Source: Actinomycetota bacterium
GTDB lineage: Bacteria; Actinomycetota; Coriobacteriia; Anaerosomatales; UBA912
Assembly: GCA_018334075.1 (NCBI GenBank)
Contig: JAGXSC010000044.1
Span: 67,591-131,590 of the forward strand
Length of the DNA: 64,000 nt
Direction: 5' to 3'
The position numbers were made by a program, and so were the translations under genes. Under the pieces are notes generated by a model that was not told the DNA's origin, ran no database searches, and saw only the letters and a list, made by a program, of their open reading frames with translations. Below, one piece after another: positions 56,541 through 64,000 of the stretch. Within the stretch, counting starts at the first letter, position 1, and every line of letters starts with the position of its first letter.

Positions 56541-57487
56541 TCGACCAACCTTTGCATTTTAGAGATGACTTCCGCAGCCTCGGAGACGATCTCGTCAATA
56601 ATCTCGGCTGCAGGTTGAATCTTACATACCATAGCCGAGGATTGACCAGCCATCAAAGAGCCCATCTCAAGGTCACCTTCGCGCATAGCCAAAGCGAGCT
56701 TCCCGCTACCTAGCTTCTCGATATCATCGGGCCTGTTCTCGCGATCGTAATCGGAGATGATTCGAGAGAGCTTGTTCTTGAGCACTCTAACCGGATGACC
56801 GGTGGAGTATCCTGTAACGACCGTGTCTCGATCCTTGGCCTTGAGTATCCTGGCCTTCACGTCGGGATGTATCATGCACTCCTCGGCGCACATGAATCTG
56901 GTGCCGATCTGGACACCTTCCGCGCCGAGCGCAAAAACCGCAGCCATCCCGCGGCCATTAGCGATACCGCCAGCCGCTACCACCGGGACACTAACGGCGT
57001 CGACCAGTTGCGGGGTGAGCGCCATCGTTGTGAGCTCCCCTATGTGGCCGCCTGCCTCCATACCTTCGCCGATGATTGCATCGGCGCCGATCGACTCAAG
57101 TCGCTTGGCCAGCGCAACGCTTGGCGCGACCGGAAGGACCTTTATTCCCCGCTCCTTTAGCGCATCCATGTACTTTCCGGGGTTGCCAGCTCCTGTTGTC
57201 ACCGCAGAAACCCGTTCTTCAAGAACCATGGTCACTATGTCGTCAATGTGAGGGGTCAGCAGCATGAGATTCACGCCGAACGGTTTAGTAGTCAGAGTTT
57301 TCGCCTGGCGGATCTGATCACGAAGTATATCTGTGGGCATGTGACCCGCTCCGATGATACCAAAACCGCCTGCCTGGCTTACTGCGGCTGCAAGCTCAGC
57401 GGTGGCAGTCCAGGCCATTCCGCCTTGAATAACGGGATGCTCGATCCCGAGGATCTTTGTCAGTCGTGTGCGAAAAGCCATATTCAC
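56534..57487 (-). CDS. fabK: Enoyl-ACP reductase II (FabK, FMN-dependent)
   Basis: 317 aa, colinear with Streptococcus pneumoniae FabK as I recall it (PVIQGGMAW, KPFGVNLMLL, VTTGAGNP, GEGMEAGGHIGELTTM, AAGGIA, QIGTRF). Confidence 0.85.
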   Translation of the reverse strand: MNMAFRTRLTKILGIEHPVIQGGMAWTATAELAAAVSQAGGFGIIGAGHMPTDILRDQIRQAKTLTTKPFGVNLMLLTPHIDDIVTMVLEERVSAVTTGAGNPGKYMDALKERGIKVLPVAPSVALAKRLESIGADAIIGEGMEAGGHIGELTTMALTPQLVDAVSVPVVAAGGIANGRGMAAVFALGAEGVQIGTRFMCAEECMIHPDVKARILKAKDRDTVVTGYSTGHPVRVLKNKLSRIISDYDRENRPDDIEKLGSGKLALAMREGDLEMGSLMAGQSSAMVCKIQPAAEIIDEIVSEAAEVISKMQRLVEC

Positions 57488-57505
57488 TCCTTCTCATTTT
57501 GAGAG

Positions 57506-58507
57506 TTATTTTGTCCAACGGACGATGGCGGCGCCCCATGTAAGGCCAGCCCCAAATCCAACTAACGCCAGATGGTTCCCGTGCCTCAGATTGCCGCCAG
57601 TATACAGTTCATCAAGGGCCAAAGGTATTGATGCGGCCGACGTATTCCCGGTTCTGGCAAGGTTGGTAAACACCCTTTCATGTTCTATACCCAAACGGGC
57701 TTCTATCGTGTCGAGTATCCTTTGGTTGGCCTGATGCGGGATGAGCCAATCTATATCACCTATTGATAGATCGGAGAGCTCAAGCGCTTTACGCGTGACT
57801 TTCGGGATCGCCCTTACCGCAAAACGAAACACCTCATTGCCGTTCATCTTGATGTACTGCGCCTTGCGGGCGATCAACTCGTGAGTGATCGGCATCGCCG
57901 AGCCACCTGAGGGTACTTTCAACAGTTCGGAGCCGGTGCCATCAGATCCGAGCGCAATGCCGAGCACACCTGCGGCTTGAGAGGCTCGTAGCACAACAGC
58001 TCCCGCACCATCGCCGAAGAGCACACAGGTAGAGCGATCGGTAAAGTCGACGTACCTACTCAGTGCATCAGCGCCGATCACCAAAACGACATCGGCCCTG
58101 CCCGACTCGATAGCCGAGACACCCGCTTGAAGTGCGTACACAAATCCCGTACACGCCGCATTGAGGTCATAAGAGGGGCAAGTGGCATTGAGCTTTGCTT
58201 GAGTCAGGCAAGCGGTAGAGGGAAACACCATATCGGGACTTGAAGTTCCGACGATGATCAGGTCCAAGTCCTCGGCAGACAATCCTGCGTCGGCCAGCGC
58301 GCGGGACCCGGCTTCTGCCGCAAGATCGCTACTTGCCTGATTGGGTGCAGCGATTCTTCGTTCGCTGATGCCCGTGCGTGCCTTGATCCACGCATCGGAG
58401 GTATCGACCATAACTTCAAGCTCGGCGTTGGTTAGTACCCGCTCGGGCAAGTAAGAGCCGATTCCGGCGATCTCGGCGAAGCGTGGCTGCTCAGATGGCC
58501 GCATCAT
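57506..58507 (-). CDS. fabH: Beta-ketoacyl-ACP synthase III
   Basis: 333 aa from ATG 58507 (ATGA overlap with the plsX stop, verified). Catalytic Cys (NAACTGF), His (PHQAN) and Asn (GNTSAAS). The upstream 42 codons of the track ORF lie inside plsX. Confidence 0.92.
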   Translation of the reverse strand: MMRPSEQPRFAEIAGIGSYLPERVLTNAELEVMVDTSDAWIKARTGISERRIAAPNQASSDLAAEAGSRALADAGLSAEDLDLIIVGTSSPDMVFPSTACLTQAKLNATCPSYDLNAACTGFVYALQAGVSAIESGRADVVLVIGADALSRYVDFTDRSTCVLFGDGAGAVVLRASQAAGVLGIALGSDGTGSELLKVPSGGSAMPITHELIARKAQYIKMNGNEVFRFAVRAIPKVTRKALELSDLSIGDIDWLIPHQANQRILDTIEARLGIEHERVFTNLARTGNTSAASIPLALDELYTGGNLRHGNHLALVGFGAGLTWGAAIVRWTK

Positions 58508-59514
58508 CCGTCGGAAGCTCCACGCAACATACGAGCGACCTCCTCGGAAAGTCCTCCCCGTACCGCCTGCGCGGCAACTCGCATCGCCGATGCAACCGCA
58601 AGTGGGCCGGACGAACCATGCCCAATGATGCACTCACCCTTGACTCCAAGTAGTGGAGCGCCGCCATAAGTATCCGGGTTCAGGCGACGTTTGAGCTCAA
58701 GTAACCTTGGTTTTAGAACGCTTGCGGCAGCCATGGAGATGAGATCACCTGTCATGGCGTCTTTCACCTGGGAAAGCAGTGATTTACTCGCGCCCTCCAG
58801 CAGCTTGAGTACGACGTTTCCGGTAAATCCGTCGGTAACGATCACGTCAGCGGAGCCAGAGACGAAGTCGCGACCTTCGATGTTTCCGATAAATCCCGGC
58901 ACCACCGAACTCATAAGCCGATGCGCCTCTACGGTAAGTGCGGATCCTTTCGATGGCTCTTCTCCGATGTTGAGCAGGGCGATTCTGGGCTCGGCGACCC
59001 CAAGCACAATCCGCGCATAGGCTGATCCCATGAACGCGAAATCCAAAAGATGCTCGGGCTTGCAATCGGCGTTAGCCCCGGCGTCCAAAAGAATCACCGG
59101 TTTGGCCTGAGTGGGGATCACGGTGGCTATCGCGGGTCGCGTCACACCTTCGGCCCGCCCCATCACGAGCGTCGCCGCAGCCATACAAGCGCCGGTGGAG
59201 CCTGCCGAGAAAAATGCCTGGGCCCTGCCCTCCCGAACCAACCTGCAGCCCACAACGATCGACGAATCCTTCTTGCTTCGGACAGCGTTTACTGGGTGCT
59301 CGTCCATCTCGATTATCTCGGACGTTTCCACAGCAGTACAACGCTCATGTTTGGCCGCAAAATCCGCAGTGGCGTCGAGCGGGCCTGTCAGCAGAATTTC
59401 CAAGGCGTGATCGTGCGTCAGCGCCGCTTCGACGCCCTCAAGAATGACCTTTGGGCCATTGTCTCCGCCCACGGCATCAACAGCGACCACAACACGTTGA
59501 CTGTCAGACATCAT
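58504..59514 (-). CDS. plsX: Phosphate acyltransferase PlsX
   Basis: 336 aa. Full-length PlsX family sequence (VAVDAVGGDNGP..., GFTGNVVLK). First gene of the fab operon. Confidence 0.93.
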   Translation of the reverse strand: MMSDSQRVVVAVDAVGGDNGPKVILEGVEAALTHDHALEILLTGPLDATADFAAKHERCTAVETSEIIEMDEHPVNAVRSKKDSSIVVGCRLVREGRAQAFFSAGSTGACMAAATLVMGRAEGVTRPAIATVIPTQAKPVILLDAGANADCKPEHLLDFAFMGSAYARIVLGVAEPRIALLNIGEEPSKGSALTVEAHRLMSSVVPGFIGNIEGRDFVSGSADVIVTDGFTGNVVLKLLEGASKSLLSQVKDAMTGDLISMAAASVLKPRLLELKRRLNPDTYGGAPLLGVKGECIIGHGSSGPLAVASAMRVAAQAVRGGLSEEVARMLRGASDG

Positions 59515-59560
59515 CCCTTAGGGCCCCTGATTGGTTAGGCAGTGTTTACGTTAGTACGGG

Positions 59561-59584
59561 CTCGGCCGGAAACATGCGGCCGAG
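59561..59584 (-). other. GC-rich perfect 8-bp stem-loop between rpmF and plsX (no U-tract)
   Basis: CTCGGCCG, an 8-nt loop, then CGGCCGAG. Located 8 nt after the rpmF stop and 47 nt before the plsX ATG. Confidence 0.3.
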
Positions 59585-59591
59585 ATACCGA

Positions 59592-59768
59592 CTATTTGGT
59601 GTCGACAACTTCCTGATTCTTATAATAGCCACAGGAGGCGCATACTCGATGCGGCAACTTTACCTGGTGACACTGTGAACACACTGACTTTGTCGGCGCG
59701 CAAATTACATGGTTGGCGCGTCTGGAAGCGGTCTTGGCGCGACCCTTCTTCCTCTTGGGAACAGCCAT
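59592..59768 (-). CDS. rpmF: 50S ribosomal protein L32 (Cys4 zinc-ribbon form)
   Basis: 58 aa from ATG 59768 (MAVPKRKKGRAKT...; SD GGAAGGAG 10 nt upstream), with CSQC...CASC. Confidence 0.92.
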   Translation of the reverse strand: MAVPKRKKGRAKTASRRANHVICAPTKSVCSQCHQVKLPHRVCASCGYYKNQEVVDTK

Positions 59769-59869
59769 GATACCCATACTCCTTCCAGCGGAATATCCGC
59801 GAAACTACTCGGCAAAAAACATGTGGCGGTAGATGATAGCATACTGAAGAATACGCTCAACCGTGATCT

Positions 59870-60409
59870 TTAGTTTGAGTCCTTGAACAGCGACCGCAAC
59901 CCCTCGAATGGACTAGGCGATTGACCCGGACTCTCGCACGAGCATGTGCTTGCATTCAAGTCACAACCGCATTCGGGGCATATCCCCCTGCACTGCGGGT
60001 CATGAACGGGCGCAATAGGCAACTCGATCGTAATGGCCGATATCACGCTCGGAAGAATATCTACCGCATCGTTGTGCACCGGCTCCCACTCCTGGTCTTC
60101 GGGCAGTTCAGCCGCCTTGTCCTGTGTTGTGAAGAAGCCCTCGATATCGGCATCGAGAGGAAAAACGAACGATTCGAGGCACCTTGAACAGTCGGTGCGT
60201 ATCGATGCTGACACCTCGCCACTTAGAACCAGCCCCGCACCGGTGTTGGTAATCAGGGCATCAAATTGCACCGGTCCGTCAAAGACGAAGAGTATCTCGT
60301 TGTAATGAATGTCATCTAGCGACAGTTCATCCTTGACGGCGATAGATGAGCCAAGGTCGTGCAAGATGTCGCCGACATCGACAACATAAGACGCGTCCAA
60401 TCCATACAC
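59870..60409 (-). CDS. yceD: YceD family (DUF177) protein
   Basis: 179 aa, acidic, with a C-terminal Cys cluster CRGICPECGCDLN..CSC. In the conserved position upstream of rpmF. Confidence 0.85.
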   Translation of the reverse strand: MYGLDASYVVDVGDILHDLGSSIAVKDELSLDDIHYNEILFVFDGPVQFDALITNTGAGLVLSGEVSASIRTDCSRCLESFVFPLDADIEGFFTTQDKAAELPEDQEWEPVHNDAVDILPSVISAITIELPIAPVHDPQCRGICPECGCDLNASTCSCESPGQSPSPFEGLRSLFKDSN

Positions 60410-60415
60410 CGACCC

Positions 60416-60877
60416 TTACTGGCGTTGCCCGGAGACTTTACCTTGAAGACGATCGCGACCGCGCTGCACAGCTGTCAGCAACTTGCCGAGATTGACCTCG
60501 AGGTTGGCCAACATTTCATCAGCATAATCTTCAGCACCGAGGCGAATCTCCCGCTCCTTTGTGCGTGCGTCATCCATAATGGCAGCGGCCTGCTGCTCTG
60601 ACATCTTGACTATCTCCTGCTCGCTCGCGATAGCCATTGCACGGTCGCGTGCTTCCTCGAGAATCTTGTTCGCCTCTTTCTCGGCGTCCTCAAGCATCTC
60701 CTGGCGCTCTTTGACTATCCAGCGCGCCTGCTTGATCTCATCAGGAAATTGGAGCCTGATCTCATCTATGACCTCGTAGATCTTCTCCGGATCGACCATT
60801 TTAGCACTGGAAAAAGGTATGTTTCGGCCACCGTCCACGACTTCTTCGATGCGATCTATCAAGGCCATTACATCCAT
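60416..60877 (-). CDS. Conserved-looking coiled-coil protein of unknown function
   Basis: 153 aa. An N-terminal ~45-aa segment (LIDRIEEVVDGGRNIPFSSAKMVDPEKIYEVIDEIRLQFPDEI) is followed by a long Glu/Ala/Arg-rich helix. I recognise no enzymatic motif. Confidence 0.5.
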   Translation of the reverse strand: MDVMALIDRIEEVVDGGRNIPFSSAKMVDPEKIYEVIDEIRLQFPDEIKQARWIVKERQEMLEDAEKEANKILEEARDRAMAIASEQEIVKMSEQQAAAIMDDARTKEREIRLGAEDYADEMLANLEVNLGKLLTAVQRGRDRLQGKVSGQRQ

Positions 60878-60889
60878 AGAGATCCTCCC

Positions 60890-61381
60890 TTATTTTGGGT
60901 ATAACAATCGCTGACGAAGCGCTTCATGCACGACGTCAGGAACGAGTCCCTCGACCGATCCGCCATGTCCGGCGATCTCCTTGACCGCCGACGAACTCAA
61001 GTACATGAACTCGGGTATTGCCATCACAAACATGGTTTCAATCTTTCTATCAAGCCTGTAGTTCAACTGCGCCATCTGAAACTCGCGCTCGAAATCGGTT
61101 ACAGCGCGCAACCCCTTTATAATAATGGAAGCGCCAACTTCATGCGCAAAATCCACCAAAAGGCTATTAAACGCCCTAACGGTCACGTTGGGCAAGTGTG
61201 ATACCGATTCTTGGATAAGCGATACACGCTGATCTACTGGGAACAACGGACCACCGCCCTTGTCGGGGCTATGGGCGACACCTACGACAAGCTCGTCGAG
61301 GATCGCAGACGCGCGCTCGATGATATCGATGTGACCGGATGTGACCGGATCAAACGTTCCGGGACATAATCCTCGCTTCAT
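60890..61381 (-). CDS. coaD: Phosphopantetheine adenylyltransferase
   Basis: 163 aa. PGTFDPVTSGHIDII nucleotidyltransferase motif. Confidence 0.94.
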   Translation of the reverse strand: MKRGLCPGTFDPVTSGHIDIIERASAILDELVVGVAHSPDKGGGPLFPVDQRVSLIQESVSHLPNVTVRAFNSLLVDFAHEVGASIIIKGLRAVTDFEREFQMAQLNYRLDRKIETMFVMAIPEFMYLSSSAVKEIAGHGGSVEGLVPDVVHEALRQRLLYPK

Positions 61382-61950
61382 TCCTCTTCCTTACGGTAGA
61401 CGGCGATGTCAATCTCGGTGGTTCCATAAACGCGCCCGCCGAGCGAGACAAATCTACTCGGCCAGTCAACGCTAGATGAAGCGTCGTGCTCCCAGGCTAC
61501 AAAAGCGCCATCTTCCAGAGCACCGGCGTCATCTAGGTTCGCAATAAAGCGTTTGACCTTGGACTTGTCGATTCTATAAGGAGGGTCCAGAAGAATCAAC
61601 GAGTATGATCTATTGCAAAGCAAAGGCAAGACGCCAGCAGCGAGAGCATCGCTTCTGTATACGGTGGCGAAATCTTCTATGCCGAGTGAGTGAAGGTTCG
61701 ATTTGAGCACACGCATCGCGCGCGCATCGCTTTCGACCAAAGTCACGTGGGTGGCGCCTCTGGATATCGCTTCGATTCCGAGTGCACCCGAACCTGCAAA
61801 CGCGTCCAGCACCTGCGCACCTTCGAGTGCTTCATATGCATCCAGCCGAGAAAACAAGCCTTCGCGAACCCTGTCTTGAGTAGGGCGCGTCGCTCGCCCA
61901 GGAGGCGCGGCGATAAGCCTTGAGGCAAATTGCCCACCGATGACTCTCAT
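61378..61950 (-). CDS. rsmD: 16S rRNA (guanine966-N2)-methyltransferase
   Basis: 190 aa from ATG 61950 (ATGA overlap with the recG stop, verified). MRVIGGQF start, SAM motif VLDAFAGSGALGIEA and LDPPY. Confidence 0.9.
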   Translation of the reverse strand: MRVIGGQFASRLIAAPPGRATRPTQDRVREGLFSRLDAYEALEGAQVLDAFAGSGALGIEAISRGATHVTLVESDARAMRVLKSNLHSLGIEDFATVYRSDALAAGVLPLLCNRSYSLILLDPPYRIDKSKVKRFIANLDDAGALEDGAFVAWEHDASSSVDWPSRFVSLGGRVYGTTEIDIAVYRKEEE

Positions 61951-64000
61951 CCGCTGCTCACCCACTTCCATGCGCTTCCGAAGCGCTGCTTGACTTCAAC
62001 GCTAAGCGGACGATGCACAGGATCCATGAGTTCAGGATCCTCTTGGATGATGGAGAGGGTGTCATTTCTGGCAATCTCTACCAAATCAGCGTCGTCTGTC
62101 AAAGAAGCGAACCTGAGCTCCGGCAAACCCGATTGTCTCTCGCCAAACAGATGACCATGCCCACGAAGCTCAAGATCCTTTTGTGCGAGGAAAAATCCGT
62201 CGGTCGAAGATTCCAAAGCTTTCATCCTTGTTCGGCCAGCAGAAGTCCTAGGATCGGCGAAAGCAAAAAAGAGCCCGGGGTGCTCTCCCCTTCCTATCCG
62301 TCCACGCAACTGATGTAGCTGTGCGAGACCAAATCGCTCCGCATCCTCCACTATCATCACAGTGGCATTGGGCACATCCACTCCGACCTCAACAACGGTA
62401 GTTGCAACAAGGACATCGATAGTCCCTGCCCTGAATCTTTCCATGACATCGCTTTTTTCGATGGGACGCATTCTTCCAGTGAGTATTCCTAAGCGTAAAT
62501 CAGGAAACACACTCGCCTTCAGCCGCTGCACTTCTTTCAGTGCCGACCTGCTATCCGATTTGGCCTGCTCCTCGACGAGTGGGCAGATGATGTAAGCCTG
62601 TCGTCCCTGTGCAACAGCCTGCCGAATCGCTTTATACGCCTGATTTCTTCGGGATTTTGGGATGCACTCGGTTTTGACATGCAGGTCACCGCGATTTCCG
62701 GGCCTCTCCTTTAAGTATGAGACTGCCAAATCACCATAAAAAGTAAGGGCGAGTGACCGCGGGATCGGAGTTGCTGACATCACAAGCAGGTCAACGGCGG
62801 CACCTTTATTGCGCAAGCCCAGCCTCTGGTTGACCCCGAAACGGTGCTGCTCATCGACGATAGCGAGAGTTAGATCGCAAAACTTTACGCCCGGGCCGAT
62901 AACAGAGTGTGTTCCAAGCAAAACGTCGATCCTGCCGTCGGCGACTTTCTGGAGAACCTCCTCCTTTTGCGCCTTCGGAGTCGAGCCTGTGAGAAGCGCC
63001 CATTCGATCCCTAGTTGATCAAAAAGATGCCCCAGACTGATGCGGTACTGATTTGCCAACACTTCGGTTGGCGCCATTATCGCAGCCTGTTTTCCCGAAT
63101 CAACCGCCGCCGCAAGCGCCTGGGCTGCAACGAGGGTCTTGCCGGTACCAACATCACCTACAAGCATGCGGTTCATCGGCTTTGTATCCGCCATGTCACC
63201 GAGTATTTCCCCTATGGCCTCCTTTTGACCCGAGGTTAGAGCGAATGACAAGAGATCGGGAAGCCGGCGGACAAAAGGCCCATCGATAGTGTGCGGATAC
63301 CCAACTCGGTTATGGCCGAGTCGATGCCGACGCATGGCCAATCCAAGCTGCAAACAGAGCAACTCGTCGTAGACAAATCGCTTTTTCGCGGCGAGAAGCG
63401 CCTCCTGATCTTGAGGAAAGTGGGCCGACTGGAAAGCCTGCCCCCTAGACATGAGTTGTCGAGCGATACGTATTCGTGCAGGAAGATAGTCTGGGACGTA
63501 GATGCCTTCGCTCAACGCGTTCGAGACTATCTTGCGAATCCAGTTTGTGGTGAGGCCCTCGGTGCAGCGATGCACTGGGAAGATGCGATTCAGACTCAAT
63601 GCATCATATTCGCTATCCAGTTTCTCAACGAACGGTCGCCTGATCTGCATCATTCCAAACTCGAACTTGGGGATCCCGGCGAACGCAACCCTGTCGCCGG
63701 GAGCGAATTGATCTTTCATGTAATCCTGGTTGTACCAGATTCCAACTAGCACGCCGCCGGCATCGTCGGATATCGCAACCTCCAGAATAGAAAGCTTCGG
63801 CCTGGGGGTCTTGATGTGGATCTCCATAACTGTTCCAAGCACGGTCGCTTCGACGCCAGATTGCAACTCCTTGACAAGGCAGAGCTGTCGAAAGTCGATG
63901 TATCGATGAGGCAAGTGCTCGAGGAGATCTCGAACCGTGGTGATTCCGAGCCGCGCAAACCCGTCAGCACGAGCGAGACTGACCTGCCTGACGGTGCGGA
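61947..64000 (-). CDS. recG: ATP-dependent DNA helicase RecG (N-terminus beyond window end)
   Basis: Wedge domain and helicase motifs (GDVGTGKT, DEQHRFG, and QLRGRIGRG within LHQLRGRIGRG). The track start 63914 is a TTG, but the frame stays open upstream to the window edge (...RLGITTVRDLLEHLPHRY), so the gene is 5'-truncated by the window. Confidence 0.93.
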   Translation of the reverse strand, partial: RTVRQVSLARADGFARLGITTVRDLLEHLPHRYIDFRQLCLVKELQSGVEATVLGTVMEIHIKTPRPKLSILEVAISDDAGGVLVGIWYNQDYMKDQFAPGDRVAFAGIPKFEFGMMQIRRPFVEKLDSEYDALSLNRIFPVHRCTEGLTTNWIRKIVSNALSEGIYVPDYLPARIRIARQLMSRGQAFQSAHFPQDQEALLAAKKRFVYDELLCLQLGLAMRRHRLGHNRVGYPHTIDGPFVRRLPDLLSFALTSGQKEAIGEILGDMADTKPMNRMLVGDVGTGKTLVAAQALAAAVDSGKQAAIMAPTEVLANQYRISLGHLFDQLGIEWALLTGSTPKAQKEEVLQKVADGRIDVLLGTHSVIGPGVKFCDLTLAIVDEQHRFGVNQRLGLRNKGAAVDLLVMSATPIPRSLALTFYGDLAVSYLKERPGNRGDLHVKTECIPKSRRNQAYKAIRQAVAQGRQAYIICPLVEEQAKSDSRSALKEVQRLKASVFPDLRLGILTGRMRPIEKSDVMERFRAGTIDVLVATTVVEVGVDVPNATVMIVEDAERFGLAQLHQLRGRIGRGEHPGLFFAFADPRTSAGRTRMKALESSTDGFFLAQKDLELRGHGHLFGERQSGLPELRFASLTDDADLVEIARNDTLSIIQEDPELMDPVHRPLSVEVKQRFGSAWKWVSSG

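Noticed and set aside
45567-56562. Other long plus-strand ORFs (45567-46142, 47273-47785, 49717-50256, 52383-52994, 55954-56562, and similar ones elsewhere such as 3056-3589, 6183-6686, 19044-19568 and 59050-59538)
   Set aside because: Each is fully contained antisense within a well-supported minus-strand gene (ffh, ftsY, smc, fabF, fabD, ftsK, rnj, infB, plsX). All have biased, low-complexity composition and no recognisable motifs.
61331-61350. Perfect tandem 10-nt duplication gtgaccggat gtgaccggat
   Set aside because: It lies inside coaD and encodes the conserved DPVTSGH nucleotidyltransferase motif in frame. It is a coincidence of codon choice, not a repeat element.
1-64000. Search by eye for CRISPR arrays, tRNA/rRNA/SRP RNA genes, IS elements, toxin-antitoxin pairs and defence islands
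   Set aside because: I found no regularly spaced direct repeats, no cloverleaf-capable conserved tRNA motifs in the few spacers, and no transposase or phage-like ORFs. All spacers are 195 nt or shorter. Absence is based on visual inspection only and should be confirmed with tRNAscan-SE, Infernal/Rfam and a CRISPR finder.

Overview
The window is a 64 kb stretch of core chromosome from a Gram-positive-type bacterium. I can support 67 protein-coding genes, and every one of them is on the minus strand. I found no rRNA, tRNA, CRISPR array, transposase or prophage signature by eye. Read from high to low coordinates, the gene order is the classical housekeeping backbone shared by Firmicutes and Actinobacteria: recG-rsmD-coaD-yceD-rpmF | plsX-fabH-fabK-fabD-fabG-acpP-(fabK-like)-fabF | rnc-smc-ftsY-lepB-ffh | rpsP-KH-rimM-trmD-lepB-[pgaC-pgaD]-rplS-rnhB-yraN-comM-dprA-trmFO-xerC-[sigma-28 + REC protein] | rpsB-tsf | pyrH-frr-uppS-cdsA-dxr-rseP-ispG-(small Rossmann ORF)-proS | rimP-nusA-ylxR-infB-rbfA-nrnA-truB-ribF | rpsO-pnp-M16 peptidase-dapB-ask-dapA-rnj-uppP-ftsK-rodZ-like-yajQ-rimO-pgsA. 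The order matches the Bacillus subtilis dprA...pnpA region, but polC, ylxQ, topA and the whole fla/che operon are missing. The sigma factor is very WhiG-like. Together these suggest an actinobacterial, Coriobacteriia-like origin; this is inference only. I do not see a convincing complete novel system such as a defence island. The non-core candidates most worth follow-up are: (1) an orphan WhiG/FliA-type sigma-28 gene co-transcribed with a receiver-domain protein carrying an unassigned Cys4 C-terminal domain, located exactly where Firmicutes have the end of the flagellar operon; (2) an AT-rich, proteobacterial-type pgaC-pgaD (PNAG synthase) pair inserted between lepB and rplS; (3) a promoter-proximal weak intrinsic terminator in front of rimP-nusA, a possible NusA autoregulatory attenuator; (4) a Cys3His tail on NusA; (5) a 129-aa Rossmann-only ORF translationally coupled to proS; and (6) two divergent FabK/NMO paralogues in one fab operon. 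Several gene starts in the ORF track were corrected to internal or alternative starts using Shine-Dalgarno (SD) sequences and stop/start overlaps that I verified in the sequence. All plus-strand ORFs look like antisense shadow frames.
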